Shown: positions 35,485-48,190 of the stretch, piece by piece
Numbering within the stretch: position 1 is the stretch's first letter
How the letters are laid out: every line of letters begins with the position of its first letter
DNA from: Piromyces finnis finn
Taxonomy: Eukaryota; Fungi; Neocallimastigomycota
Reading direction: 5' to 3'
DNA length: 64,000 nucleotides
Assembly: GCA_002104945.1 (NCBI GenBank)
Contig: MCFH01000004.1
Location: 1,364,001-1,428,000, forward strand
Translations under genes and position numbers: made by a program
The notes under the pieces: model-generated
Told to the model about the DNA's origin: nothing
The model's input: the letters and a program-made list of their open reading frames with translations, nothing else
The model's database searches: none

Positions 35485-37768
35485 TCGGTATAAATTTTAA
35501 TAAAAAATAAATAAAAGTAATTGAAAAAGTAATTGAAATAAAAAAAATAAATTACAAATTTTAAAATTAATTTTTTTTTTTTATAATAAAAATTTATATA
35601 TAGTTGTTTTGGGTTATATACCTTTTTGATAAGAAGACCTTCTTTTTTTATTATTTTAAGTTTTTATTTGTTTTATTTTGTTTTTAAATGTTAAAATTAA
35701 ACATAAAGAAAATAATTAGATATGAAAAATCAAATGATTTTAAAAATTTTAAATTTCATATTTTTTTTATTTTTATATATAATATCTATTTTATTTAAAA
35801 AAAGGAAAAAAAAAAAAAAAAAAGAATTGTTGCTCATAACAAAAAATAATAATTCCTTTTTAATTTATTAATATATGGGATAATATATTTATAATATATT
35901 TTCAACACATTTAATTTATTTAACAAAGAAATAAAAAATTGTTGTATAAATTATACTAGGTGGAAAATTTTCCATTATCTAAAAAAAAAAAAAGTTAATT
36001 GTTTAAAAAAAGGAACCTTTCTTTTATATAATAATAATTTTCTTTAACTAAATTTTAATAATTAGGACAAAAAAATAAAATATAATCTTTTTATTTTAAT
36101 AAAACTTTTGACCAGTTGGTTCAAAAATAAATAAATGGATAGATATTTAATAGAAATAATCCATAATATATAGTTAGAGAAAAAAGTAGGAAAAAAAAGA
36201 TAATCATTAATAACTTTTTCATTAATCATATTTAACCAAAAAAGATACTATACTTTTTGGATTTATTTCTCTTTTTTAATTTTTAGGGGATAAATATAAA
36301 TAATATCTTATTAAAATATAAAATTGTTTGATTGTTCAACTCTCTCTGAAAATCGTACTGTAAAGAAAGAAAAGAGATATGCACTCTACCTAATAAATAT
36401 GAAATAAAATATATATTTATCATTTAGATAATAATAGGATAGTGTGAGTTGTTTATTAAATCCTTTTTATGCCTCCAATAATGATTTCATTTATCAAAAG
36501 TATTAACGCCGGACCTTGAGTAGGAAAATATTTTAAAAATGGTTCTTTTTGTCATATTGATTGATATAATTCTTAATGATATTAGATGATCCCTACTAAA
36601 CCCATTGAAAAAAAAAAAAAAAAAGTTTCATAAAACTAGCCTTAATGATAAGAATAATTTTTTGTAAGAGAAAAAGAAAAGAAAACATTTACCTTTAGAT
36701 ATTATGAAATATGTTTTTTTTTTTTAAAAAAAAAAAAAAAAAGAAGGCAGAAGAATATTTTAAAACCTTTATTTTTTTTCTTTTAGACTAAGAAGTCCTT
36801 TATTATTTTAAATAAAAAATTATAACATATGTATATTTAAAAAATAATAATAATAATAATAATAATAATTAAATATAAATAAATATAAAAATTATTCTAG
36901 TCATTTTAAAGTAAGAAGGATCATTATAAATGTAATTAACTCAGCATCAGAGATCATAATTTAGTACATCACCATGAGTTGTACTAATTTTCTTGATTGC
37001 TATTTTTAAACCTTTTAATCATTGTTAGTTCAATAAATCATTATGATTATTAGAAAATTCCACATCAAATAAAAATAAAAAAAGTCTTTATTCGGAGATA
37101 TCACGTTTCATGAATACTAATTTTATTAAAATTTTCTCTCAACAACCCTAACAACTCATCACGAATTAATGATAAAATTCTATTTTTTCTTTAACTATAA
37201 TCTTTTAACATGATATATTAAAATAATTAAATATATATATATATATGGACCAAAATCTTTTTATATTTAATAAAAGAAAAAACTTTTCTTTTGTAAATAG
37301 GAATAAGAAATATTTACATTCAAAAGATATATTTATATTCAAAAGGTAGTAAAATAAAAAAATAGAAAAATATGTAATTTTTTTTTTCTTTGTTTAATTA
37401 TAATGTATCCTTCACAGAAAAGCATATAATATAAAAAAAACCATAATTTTTATTATTCACTGAATAATTCCTTTAGTTTTTAATTTTTTTTTTTTTTTTG
37501 GCCGTTAATGTACACTCTATGTACCCTTTCTTTAAACATATTGCAATATCAAGTTTTTCAATTTTTTTCTATTTTCCATAAACTAAATAATAAAATGTAT
37601 TAATAATATACTATTTTATGAATAGTATACTATTTTATTGAATAGTTTTTTTTTTTATTGTTATATTTTATTTTTATTTTTTATTTTTTTTATATTTTAT
37701 TATTTTCTTAATTTTTTCTTTTTTATTCTATTTTAGTTTTTTTTTTTTCTATTTTTTGTTTAAATTAC

Positions 37769-38780
37769 TTATAATTCTTCCTTTGCACGGTCTTCAACTA
37801 TTTTTATTAAAATTGAAAAATAATAAAATATACATATATATAAATGTATAAATAAAAAAATTAATATTTAATAAATATATATATTATTATTAAAAAAAAA
37901 AAGGCATACTCTTTAATAATTCAACTTCGAAAACTAAATCAGAGTTTGGTGGAATCTTTTGACCAGCACCATTATTACCGTAACCTAATTCAGATGGAAT
38001 AAGTAATTTTCTCCTATAAAATTTAATAATAAATAATAATACCAAAATATAAAAAAAGATATATATTAATAACTCAAATTTCAAATGACCCCTTTTAAAA
38101 ATAATATTTATTATATTTAAATATTTATTTAAAAAAAAAAAACTAGTTCTTCTTACTTTTCACCGACGCACATGTCGATCATACCCTTTTCCCAACCTTG
38201 AATAACTTGGTCAGCACCTAAAACAAATCTGAATGGAGTAGTTTCACCATATCTGTCTTCAGTACTGTCGAATTCAAGCTTAGTTTCAAGTAAACTACCC
38301 TTGTATTTAACAGTTAAGGTATCACTATTATTACAAATATATATATAATATTTAATAAATTAAATATTTATATTAATATCATTTTCTTTTTTTAAAAAAA
38401 AAATAAACTATTGATTTATTATATTATCTTTTTTCAATCATATTAAATAAACCCATTTATGTTTCAAGAAAAAAAAATTATAATAAAATATTAATAGAGT
38501 ATATATAAAATTGAGTATATATAACTATTTTATTTCATACTATATTATTATTTTTATAATATCTTTTTCCTTTTTTTTTTTTTTTTTTACTTTTTATAAA
38601 TAATATAATTTCGGGATGATATAAATATTATTTCATCAATTTCATTTACCCTTTCTTTGATTTTCTAGTACATTCTCTTGGTCTGTATCTAACACCAATT
38701 TGTAATTGCTTAAGCTTCTTGGCTTCAGCAATAGCAACGAGAACTAATAAAGCGAAAAGTAAAAGGAAATTCTTATTCAT
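37769..38780 (-). CDS. FKBP2: ER-resident FKBP-type peptidyl-prolyl isomerase (FKBP2/Fpr2)
   Basis: Signal peptide [20 protein letters not shown]; [20 protein letters not shown]; FDST; [28 protein letters not shown]; [25 protein letters not shown]; C-terminal ER-retrieval-like KEEL*. Confidence 0.92.
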
Positions 38781-38916
38781 TTTTAAAGATTGTGGGTTTT
38801 TTTTTTTTGTTTTGTTTTTGTTTTAAATTTACTTCTTGATTGTTTATTTTTAAAAAAGAAAAAAAAATTTTTTTACCTTTTAAATTTTTATTATATCAAT
38901 AAAACATGAATTATCC

Positions 38917-38918
38917 AT

Positions 38919-39009
<91 letters not shown>

Positions 39010-39018
39010 TTCATTCAT

Positions 39019-39077
<59 letters not shown>

Positions 39078-39094
39078 TTCATTTATTTATTCAT

Positions 39095-39129
<35 letters not shown>

Positions 39130-39163
39130 TTCGTTTATTTATTTATTTGTTTATTTATTTATT
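38917..39163. repeat. (ATTT)n tetranucleotide microsatellite, ~60 units with sporadic ATTC/GTTT variants
   Basis: Read directly; explains spurious ORF 38906-39175. Confidence 0.95.
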
Positions 39164-39650
39164 CCTATTGATTGATACATTTATTTAGTTAATTATTGAT
39201 TCATTCATTGATTTTATGGGAGGTGAAATGCTATAAATTTATTATTTTATTTATAGATCTTCTCCTATTTTAAACTAAAAATTTAATTTATTTTTGTTAC
39301 AAAAATTACTATTTTCAATTAAATTAAATTATTTGTGTTCATTTTATTGGCTAAATTAAAATTCTTATGATACATTTTTACCAAAATAATGTAATTAAAA
39401 AAAACTTTATTTTTTCTTAACCTTTTTTCTACAGGAACTTTTATATTTAAACATAGGCATATATTTATTATAACAACTATAAGAAATAGTATTTTAAAGT
39501 ATTTTAAAATGACATTAATGATTATTTTTATGGTTTACTTTTTTTAAATAAAAAAAATGTATCAAATAATAAGAAATGAAACAAAAAATAAAAAAAAAAA
39601 AACCCAAATAAAAAGTTACACAAAAAAATATAATTAAATTTTTAATTATT

Positions 39651-40128
39651 ATTAGTATTAATACGTAGTATTAGCATTATTAGTATTAGTATTAATACGT
39701 AGTATTAGCATTATTAGTATTAGTATTAGTATTAGTATTAGTATTAGTATTAGTATTAGTATTAGTATTAGTATTAGTATTAGTATTAGTATTAGTATTA
39801 GTATTAGTATTAGTATTAGTATTAGTATTAGTATTAGTATTAGTATTAATACGTAGTATTAGTATTAGTATTAGTATTAGTAGTAGTATTAGTATTAGTA
39901 TTAGTATTAGTATTAGTATTAGTATTAGTATTAGTATTAGTATTAGTATTAGTATTAGTATTAGTATTAGTATTAGTATTAGTATTAGTATTAGTATTAG
40001 TATTAGTATTAGTATTAGTATTAGTATTAGTATTAGTATTAGTAGTAGTATTAGTATTAGTATTAGTATTAGTAGTAGTATTAGTATTAGTATTAGTAAG
40101 TAGTTGTAGTAGTTGTAGTAGTAGTATT
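39651..40128. repeat. (AGTATT)n hexanucleotide satellite, ~480 bp, decaying to (AGT)n at the right end
   Basis: Read directly; variant units AATACGT at ~39660, 39694, 39848. Confidence 0.95.
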
Positions 40129-42888
40129 AAAATAAAAACAAAGTTATTGAAAAGACTGTAAAAAAAAAAAAGAAATTAAAGATGTCTAAATAGTAATTAT
40201 TTATTATTATTATTCCAAGACACTTTGCTTTACAACTATATTTACTAAATTTAATCGTAAGAATATAAAAAAATATTTTATCTATAATATTTTATTTAAA
40301 TAAGAAAGTTTATTTTTTTTTCACAACAATCATGTTTCATTTTGTAAAATATATATATATTATTTATTTTGGTATAATAATTTATGGTAAATCTATTGTA
40401 GTATCATTACATTAGAGTAATAAAAATAAATAATTTACACCTTTTTAAAGATTACAACTATTTTTATACCTTTATAAAAAAAAATTAAACTAGTAAAGCA
40501 AAAAAAAAAAAAAAAGAAAGAAAAATTAATTTTAATTTGATAATTTTTAAAAATATTGTTTTTCTTTTTTTTATTTTCACCAATTCCACCACCTCTTCTT
40601 CTATATATCCTCTCCTAAAAAAAAAAAAAAGAAAAAAACTATAAAAATGTAAATTAGCTTGTATATTCAATTTTAATTCATCTTGTCACACTTTTACTTA
40701 CTAAATAAATAGAAAACATCACACTTTTTTTTTTTTTTTTCTATTAAAAAAAAACCAATTAAAATTAATAAAATTGGTGTATGAGGTGACATTTAACTTT
40801 TAAATATTATTATCCTTTCTCTTTTTTCATTATTGTCCACTATTATCCATCTTCCGTAATACAACAAATATTACACCACCAACTATTCAACTTGAATATT
40901 CATCATTCTTTAACTATTATGACATAAAATATAAAAAAAATATCACCCTTCCCAAAAAAAAAAAAAAATGAATAAAAAATGAAACAAATAAATTTCCATT
41001 AATTTAATATGTTTAAAATTCCTAATAGAAACTTTATTCATTATAAAAATGGAAGGGTAGAAATGAATGACTAAAATGGTCATTTTTTAATGGAAAATAA
41101 AATAAAAAAAAAAAAACAATTTTCTATTTTAAATTTGGAAGGGGATTTTTGTTTTAGACTAATTAATTTTTCATTATCCTTTATATAGTGTTTTTTTTTT
41201 TTTTTAAAAAAAAAAGAGTAGAATGTTAATATTATTAAAATACAATAATAAATCATAATTTCTATAGGTTTAGGTTCTTTTTCCTAAAGAATAATAAATA
41301 AATAATAAAAATTAAATAAAATTATTATTTATTATTTATTATTTATTATTATTTTATTTTAAATATAAAATTAATTTATGCTTTTATGGAAAAAAGATCA
41401 ACCTCTTTTGCTTATTTTTAAAAAAAAAAGTTTATGAAAATCAATTCTTTTAAAAAAGGTAAAAAAAAAAAGTGGTTTGATAAAGTATTTTTTTTACTAT
41501 TAAAAAAAAAAAAAAAAAGAAATAGTAAAAGAGAAATAGGATATATATATCCCTAAAAAATAAACAATTATTATTAGGAATAAAAAAAAAAAAAGTTATC
41601 TTTTTATAGGAAAATAAAAAGTTTACTAATTAAAGTTGGAAAATTAAAAAAAAAAAAGACAATAATATTAAATTTATCATTCCAATTATGGAACATTTTC
41701 TATATTATTAAATATTAATATTTTTTTTTCCATTTAAATAATAATAATAATAATAATAATAAAAGAATAATAATAAAAAGGAATGAATTAATATTTGATT
41801 AATAAAATAAATAATAATAAATAAAAGAAGAATAGAAATTAATAAATATTAAATAATACATTTTAATATTAAAATAAATTAATTATGAATGTCTATTATT
41901 TATTTATTAATTAATTAATTATTTTCAATATAAAAAAAATTTTTTTTTTTACCTTCTATTTATGATTTTGTCGCCCTTCCTCTATATAGAAGATTCAAGC
42001 CACATTCATAGAAGGTTACACGATCGATGAAAAAATTAAAAGGAACAAAAAAAAAAAAAGTCAATGTCAATGTCAAATAATAATAAAATGATAAAAAAGG
42101 TATGAAACATTGAAAATTCAACCATCTCACAATATAATAGCTATTTATTTATTAATAAAAAAAGGTTGTTTTTTTTTTATTGTATTAAAAAAAAAAAAGA
42201 TGTGGATAGAATAACTATAAAAAAAAATAACATTTTATTTCTATGAATAAAAAAAAAAAGTTTATATTGTTTATATGATTTGATGACTAATGATTACATT
42301 AATTAAAAAATTATGTTTTTTTAAAAAATAAAAAACTTTAACGATTAGCTATTTTACAAGTATATGCCAAAGGTACTCCCACTACTTTTTTTTTTAAAAA
42401 ATAAAATAAAAATAAAATGTAAAAAAAGTAACAGAAAATAAAAAATGAATTATTTTTTAATATTTTTTTTTATTAAGTTTAAAAAAGTGTGCTTGAAAAA
42501 TTGCTGAAAAAATGATGTGAACTATATTTATATTGAAAGAGACAAAATAATTGATTATGAAAAAAAAAAATTATAAAGAAATAAGATAATTAAAAAAAAC
42601 TTATATAGGATATTATATAATATATATATAAATATATTATATTATTGTCTTTTAAAAGTTGAAACGATAAGGTTATGTTTAAAAATAAAATAATAATTAA
42701 ATAGATTTTTTTAAAAAAAAAAAAGGTGAAAAAATATCACGTTAATAAAAAGATTTGAGGATCTTTCTATTTTTTACAATGCTTTGTATTCTCTAATGTT
42801 TTATCATAATATTTACACTACTATAGTTTGTTTTTTTTTTTTTTTTTTTAATCCAAAATTAATCATTCTAAAACGAATTTATTTTTTT

Positions 42889-45060
42889 TTAATTCTTACG
42901 AAGGTCATTCCCTATTAAAGAATCAATAGAGAATGCATTTTGAGGGGAAGATGGTGATGGTGGTGGAGTATTTTGAACATTATTCATTAGTTTTTTGTTT
43001 AGGTCATTATGAGTAGAGTTATTAGGTTTAAAATCACTCTGGCTAATACTATATTTAATTTGACGCTTGGAATTATCATTATTCATATAGTAGTTGGTAT
43101 TATTATTATTGTTGTTGTTGTTGTTGGAATTCCAATTGTTCATGTTATTGTAGTTATTACCATTGTTGTTGTTATTATTACCGTTGTTGTCGTTGTTGTT
43201 ACCACTGTAGGTATATTCTTCCACAGAGGATGGGGATTGGAGATAAGAACCATTATTATTGTTATTAGTATCCTTATTCATATTGGAATATTGATTGTTA
43301 TTATTTTGGTAACCATAATTATTATAATTATTTTGTGGTTGTGGTTGTGGATAGCTATTATTTTGAATATCAGGCTTTCTCATCACTGGGCTAGAATAGT
43401 TATTATTATTATTATTATTATTATTATTGCAACTATTCATCATTGGACTATTTACATTGGTATTATTAGAATTATTATTTACATTGGTATTATTATTATT
43501 ATAATTGTTGTTGTTATTATTACATTGATTATTTGAAGAGGAATAATTATTATTTTGAGGATAATAGCTATTATTATTTTGGGAATAATTATTTTGTGGG
43601 AACATAGGTGAGGCATTATAATTATTGTTATCGTTAGAATAGTTTTGGTTATAATTGTTGTTTTGAATTGTTGGGGAATAGTTGTTGTTGTTGTTATAAT
43701 TGTTATTGTTCATTGAATTTGGATTATAATTATTATTTTGATTAGGATTATAATTGTTATTTTGATTAGGATTATAATTGTTATTTTGATTTGGGTTATA
43801 ATTGTTATTTTGATTTGGGTTATAATTGTTATTTTGATTTGGGTTATAATTGTTATTTTGATTAGGATTATAATTGTTATTTTGGTTTGAATTATAATTA
43901 TTGTTCATTTGATTTGGATTTGGATTATAATTATTATTTTGATTCTGTTGGTTTTGAGAATTGTTCATGGTATTGAAATTGTTCATTGGGTAGGTATTTT
44001 GGGAATAGTCATTGTTATTGTTATTATTGTTGTAATTAACTTGGTAATTGTTTTGATCTGGATAGTTATTATTATTGTTGTTGACACCACCGTTCATTTG
44101 ATAGCTATTATTAATATTGTTACCATTGTTATTGTTGTTGTTATTATTCTTAAAATCATTCAAAGGTGGGAGAGGTAAATATTTTGGTTGATTATTATTA
44201 CCATTAACAAAGTTACTTTGTTGTTGTGGTGGGCAAGAACGGTAGTCATTTTGAATATTTTGAGAAATTTTTTGGTAACTTAAACTTCTATCATAATTAC
44301 TTTGGCCATCCATAGAAAATATAGAATTGGAATTATCACTTCCATTTTCATTGTATTTTTCACTATTCTTTTCCATCATTTCATTCCAAACTCTAAATAT
44401 AAATACACTGTTGATTAAGGAAAGATCTTTATCAGCTTGTCTTAATACTTCACTCCATAAATCGCGTATTTGGTCTCTGGTTTTAGATGGGTGCTTTAAA
44501 GTGCGACATATTCTTTCGTGTGTTGGTTTAAGTTCATAATCATCCAAATATTCAAGAACAGAAGCTATTTAAAAAAAAAAAAAACATCAATAAAACGTGT
44601 TTTTTTTTCTTTTTATTTTTATTTTTTCAAATATAAGTGGGGTAGTTCAAACTTACCAGCATCAAGTAAACGATAGACATTACTTCTAGACATTTTCCAT
44701 TTTTCTTTAAAATAAGCAGCTAATGAAGAATGGGTTGCTTTATATAATTTTTTAGATACGATTTCTCTTGTAGTCATAACTATTTGATAAAAATGTTGTT
44801 GTCTTTTATAATATTCAGCCCTATAGTTATTAAAAAGCCGTCCAATAATAAAAAGAATAAAAAAAATTAAATAATTATTATTTTATTATCATTAAAAAGT
44901 TAATTATATCTATAGGGTATAAAGCTATTTACCGTGAAGGAGTCTTAAGTCTACTATGATTAAATGATGTTATATTTATATTTGATTCCACACTTTTTAA
45001 AAGTGCATGTAATTCAGAGTTGGTTGGTTTTTTCTTTTTATTTTCCATTTTAACTTCCAT
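42889..45060 (-). CDS. uncharacterised 655-aa protein: N-terminal bacterial/phage-like helical (HTH-like) domain plus Asn/Gln/Tyr-rich low-complexity region; putative transcription regulator
   Basis: Exons 45060-44933, 44820-44657 and 44564-42889 join in frame with GT-AG introns (1968 nt). Domain reads HFYQIVMTTREIVSKKLYKATHSSLAAYFKEKWKMSRSNVYRLLDAASVLEYL..PTHERICRTL. Product call is inference. Confidence 0.8.
43717..43900 (-). repeat. coding 24-nt tandem repeat encoding (NPNQNNNY)x6 plus flanking variants
   Basis: Units attaggattataattgttattttg and atttgggttataattgttattttg on + strand. Confidence 0.95.
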
Positions 45061-46618
45061 TTTTATATATTATATTTGTTTTATACAAGTAAAACGAAAA
45101 AAAAAAATAAATTTGGTATATACGTTGTATTCGTTTTTTTTTTTCTAAAAAAAATGGTATTTCAAAAAGTCTATTCTATTTTCTTTTATCTATAGGATTT
45201 ATTATTTCTTTTGCTTTTTTTTTTTCTTTTTTGGTAAAGCTTTTGGGTTCAATAATACAATTTCAAATAGTTTCAAAATAAATAAATAAATAAACCAATA
45301 AAGAAAAACATAAAAAAAGTATTCTTTTTCTATATTTTCTACCTATTAAAACTATAAGAAAAATCAAAAATTCAAAAAAAGAAAAAATTTAATGAAAAAA
45401 AATTTTTAAATAATTTAGAGAAAGATCCTTCTTTTTATATTTTTTTTTTTTAAAAAAATAAGTTTATTTATTAGGATATTAAAAATTTTATTAAATTTTA
45501 TTAAAAAAATTTTTTTATTTAAAATTCTAATTTATTAGGCGAAATAAAATAAAATAAATAAATAAAATTTTTTAAATAAATAAATTTGTAGAAGGTGCGT
45601 TGTATACACACTATAATGGTTCAATAAATGAATAATAATTTAATATTTTAATTTTTTTTAATATAAATTGGTAATAATGAATTCAAAACTTTAATAAATA
45701 CTATTTTTATATTGCTCTAAAATAAATAAAAAATTTTATTTCAATTATACAATGTATTGATGAACATGATACTAAATATATTATAATACATTATAATATA
45801 TGAATAATTACTTTAAAAAAAGATATTGTTATACTTTAGATTAAAATTAATTTTATTAATAAATATGGTAGAAACTTTCAACTATTTTTCATTTATTTAT
45901 TATTAAATAAAGTTTTAAACTCGTTTATTGATCTGCTATAATAATATAATTTTGTTATAAATTTTTATCATTAAAAAAAAAACTTTAAAAATGAATATTA
46001 ATTTATATTAATGTTAAACCGTAATAATAGTAATAATATATGAGAATTTTGTTGATATCATTTTATTTTTACCAATACCAATATATATTGTAATATATTT
46101 TAATATAAATAAAATAGAAATAAATTAATTTTTTATTATTTATTATTATTTTTTTAGGCGATTCAAAATGGTATACTTTTTTGTTTCTTAAAAGTTTAAT
46201 ATTATTATTATTATTATTATTATTATTGTAAAAATGAATGGTCTAAAATAAAAATGTATTTGATCTAGAAAGAAAGAAAAAAAAAGAGATAATAAAACAT
46301 CTATTTTAATAATAATAGAATTATAATAAAGTAAGATTATATGATGAAATAGTGTCATACGAATGATTATTCTATAGATTTCTTTCTACCTTTAAATAAA
46401 TACTACTCTACTTTGGTAGTATTAATTACAAAAAATAAATTACTATAATTTCACTGGTAAATCGAATCATTGTTTCAAAAAAAATTAATGTAAAATTATA
46501 TTTTTGTCATTATGGGTGGGGATAAAAAAAGCATCAGGACTTTGTTGGAGATAATGGATAAATAACATATAATAATAAAAATAATAATGATAGTATCTAA
46601 AAATAAATAGTATATATA

Positions 46619-46795
46619 ATAGCATATAATAGCAATGTATACTATATATCATGATACTAGTATAGAAAATAATGGCCATGATAGCAATGTATATTGTATA
46701 TCATAGTACTAGTATAGAAAATAATAGCATATAATAGCAATGTATATTGTATATCATGGTACTAGTATAGAAAATAATAGCCATGATAGTAATGA
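46619..46795. repeat. 52/53-bp tandem minisatellite (~3.4 copies), alternating A/B units
   Basis: atagcaatgt recurs at 46629, 46681, 46734 and as atagtaatg at 46786; shared actagtatagaaaata. Confidence 0.9.
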
Positions 46796-48090
46796 CTGTA
46801 AGATAGTATATGATAATTTAACATTTATTACTATTTATCATTCAAAATTTTATGTTAATAGTATTAGTGTACTTTTTTTGGTCTAGTTTGTATGTTTTCA
46901 TTGTTCAATGGTCTTATTTTTTCCACCCCTTAAACACAATACTTTCTAAACATAGTCATTGTTGTTGGTATGAATGAGATTTGAATCGGTGGGAATGTGT
47001 TGGTATGAGTAAGAAATTAAAAAAAACAATGGACAATCCTAGTTCAAATTAAAAAAGATTATCATTTAAAGTTTTTCCCATTATTACTTAATATATATTC
47101 TATATCCCATTGATGATTTTTCTTAATAATTAGAGTTTATTTGATACGATTCTATTAATAGAAAAAAAAACATAAATTATAATATAAATAATATATGATA
47201 ATTCATTTTTTAATTTAAAAAAAAAACTAGAATGTGTACGATAATTCCTTTTTTGAGTAATCATCAAATTAAATTAAAATAAAATTGTAAAGATAAAACC
47301 AAATGATTTTTATTATTATTTTTATTTTGCTGTGAAATGAATGGAATCAAATGAAATATATAGAGATCAATAGTTGTTCATATATTATTAAAATTTAAAT
47401 CTATGGCTACTATAGATTAATTATATATGGGGAAAAGTCTTTTCATCGATGAATAAAATTAAATAATTAAAAATGGATAAATTAAAATTTAATGAGTTAA
47501 GGAGGTCAATCAATAATAAACAAAAAAAATTTTTTTAATAAATTGAATATAAACTTTTTTTAATAATGAATTATAAACTTTAATTTAACCAATAAAAGAT
47601 GATAATATATTAAGTTATTTATTATTCCGAATGTTAATGCGATGAGTGATAAATGAAATATATTAATTAAAAAAATCATCCAGTGTCTATCCTATGATGA
47701 CTTTTTAATTTTGACAATTTTAATTCAAATTTATGTTCTATATAATATAGTTTATTGCAATATATTGAGTAATATATGGAGTGAAACTATGAATGTCACA
47801 ATATAAATTAAAGATAAAACTTTATCTTATTAAAATATATTAAAATTCAAGCAACATATATATTATATATTAATTTATGGATTATAGGAAATATTTTATA
47901 TTTATTTTCAATATGAAACAAAATCATTACCCAAAAATTAAAAACTTTATTTATTATAGATTGGTCATCTTTCCAATGAATTAAAAAAAAAGATGATTAA
48001 ATAAAATCGGTAGAGTATTGAGGTTCATTTTGGCAGTGATGCGTAGTTAGGATCATTTTAACTGTTATAAAAATAAAAAAAAAAAAAAAA

Positions 48091-48190
48091 TTGTCACTTA
48101 AAATTCTTCTTTATAACAAATTAATATTTTATAGAAAAAAAAAGAAATTGTCCCTTAAAATTCTTCTTTATGACAAATTAATATTTTATA
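48091..48190. repeat. 57-bp direct duplication (2 copies)
   Basis: ttgtc(a/c)cttaaaattcttctttat(a/g)acaaattaatattttatag at 48091 and 48148. Confidence 0.9.

Noticed and set aside
36980-37015. Minus-strand KIAIKKI resembling kinase subdomain II
   Set aside because: No Gly-rich loop or downstream kinase motifs; stops follow within ~15 codons.
38906-39175. 89-aa ORF of IYLF repeats that looks like a membrane protein
   Set aside because: Translation of (ATTT)n.
39651-40128. Possible telomeric repeat
   Set aside because: Interstitial, with no G-rich strand (TTAGTA rather than TTAGGG-like) and unique sequence on both sides.
43009-44178. Hydrophobic Ile/Val-rich + strand ORFs 43009-43536 and 43909-44178
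   Set aside because: Antisense shadows of Asn codons (AAT/AAC) in the minus-strand gene.
46619-46795. Possible CRISPR-like array
   Set aside because: Units are contiguous tandem copies with no unique spacers, and the context is eukaryotic with no cas genes.
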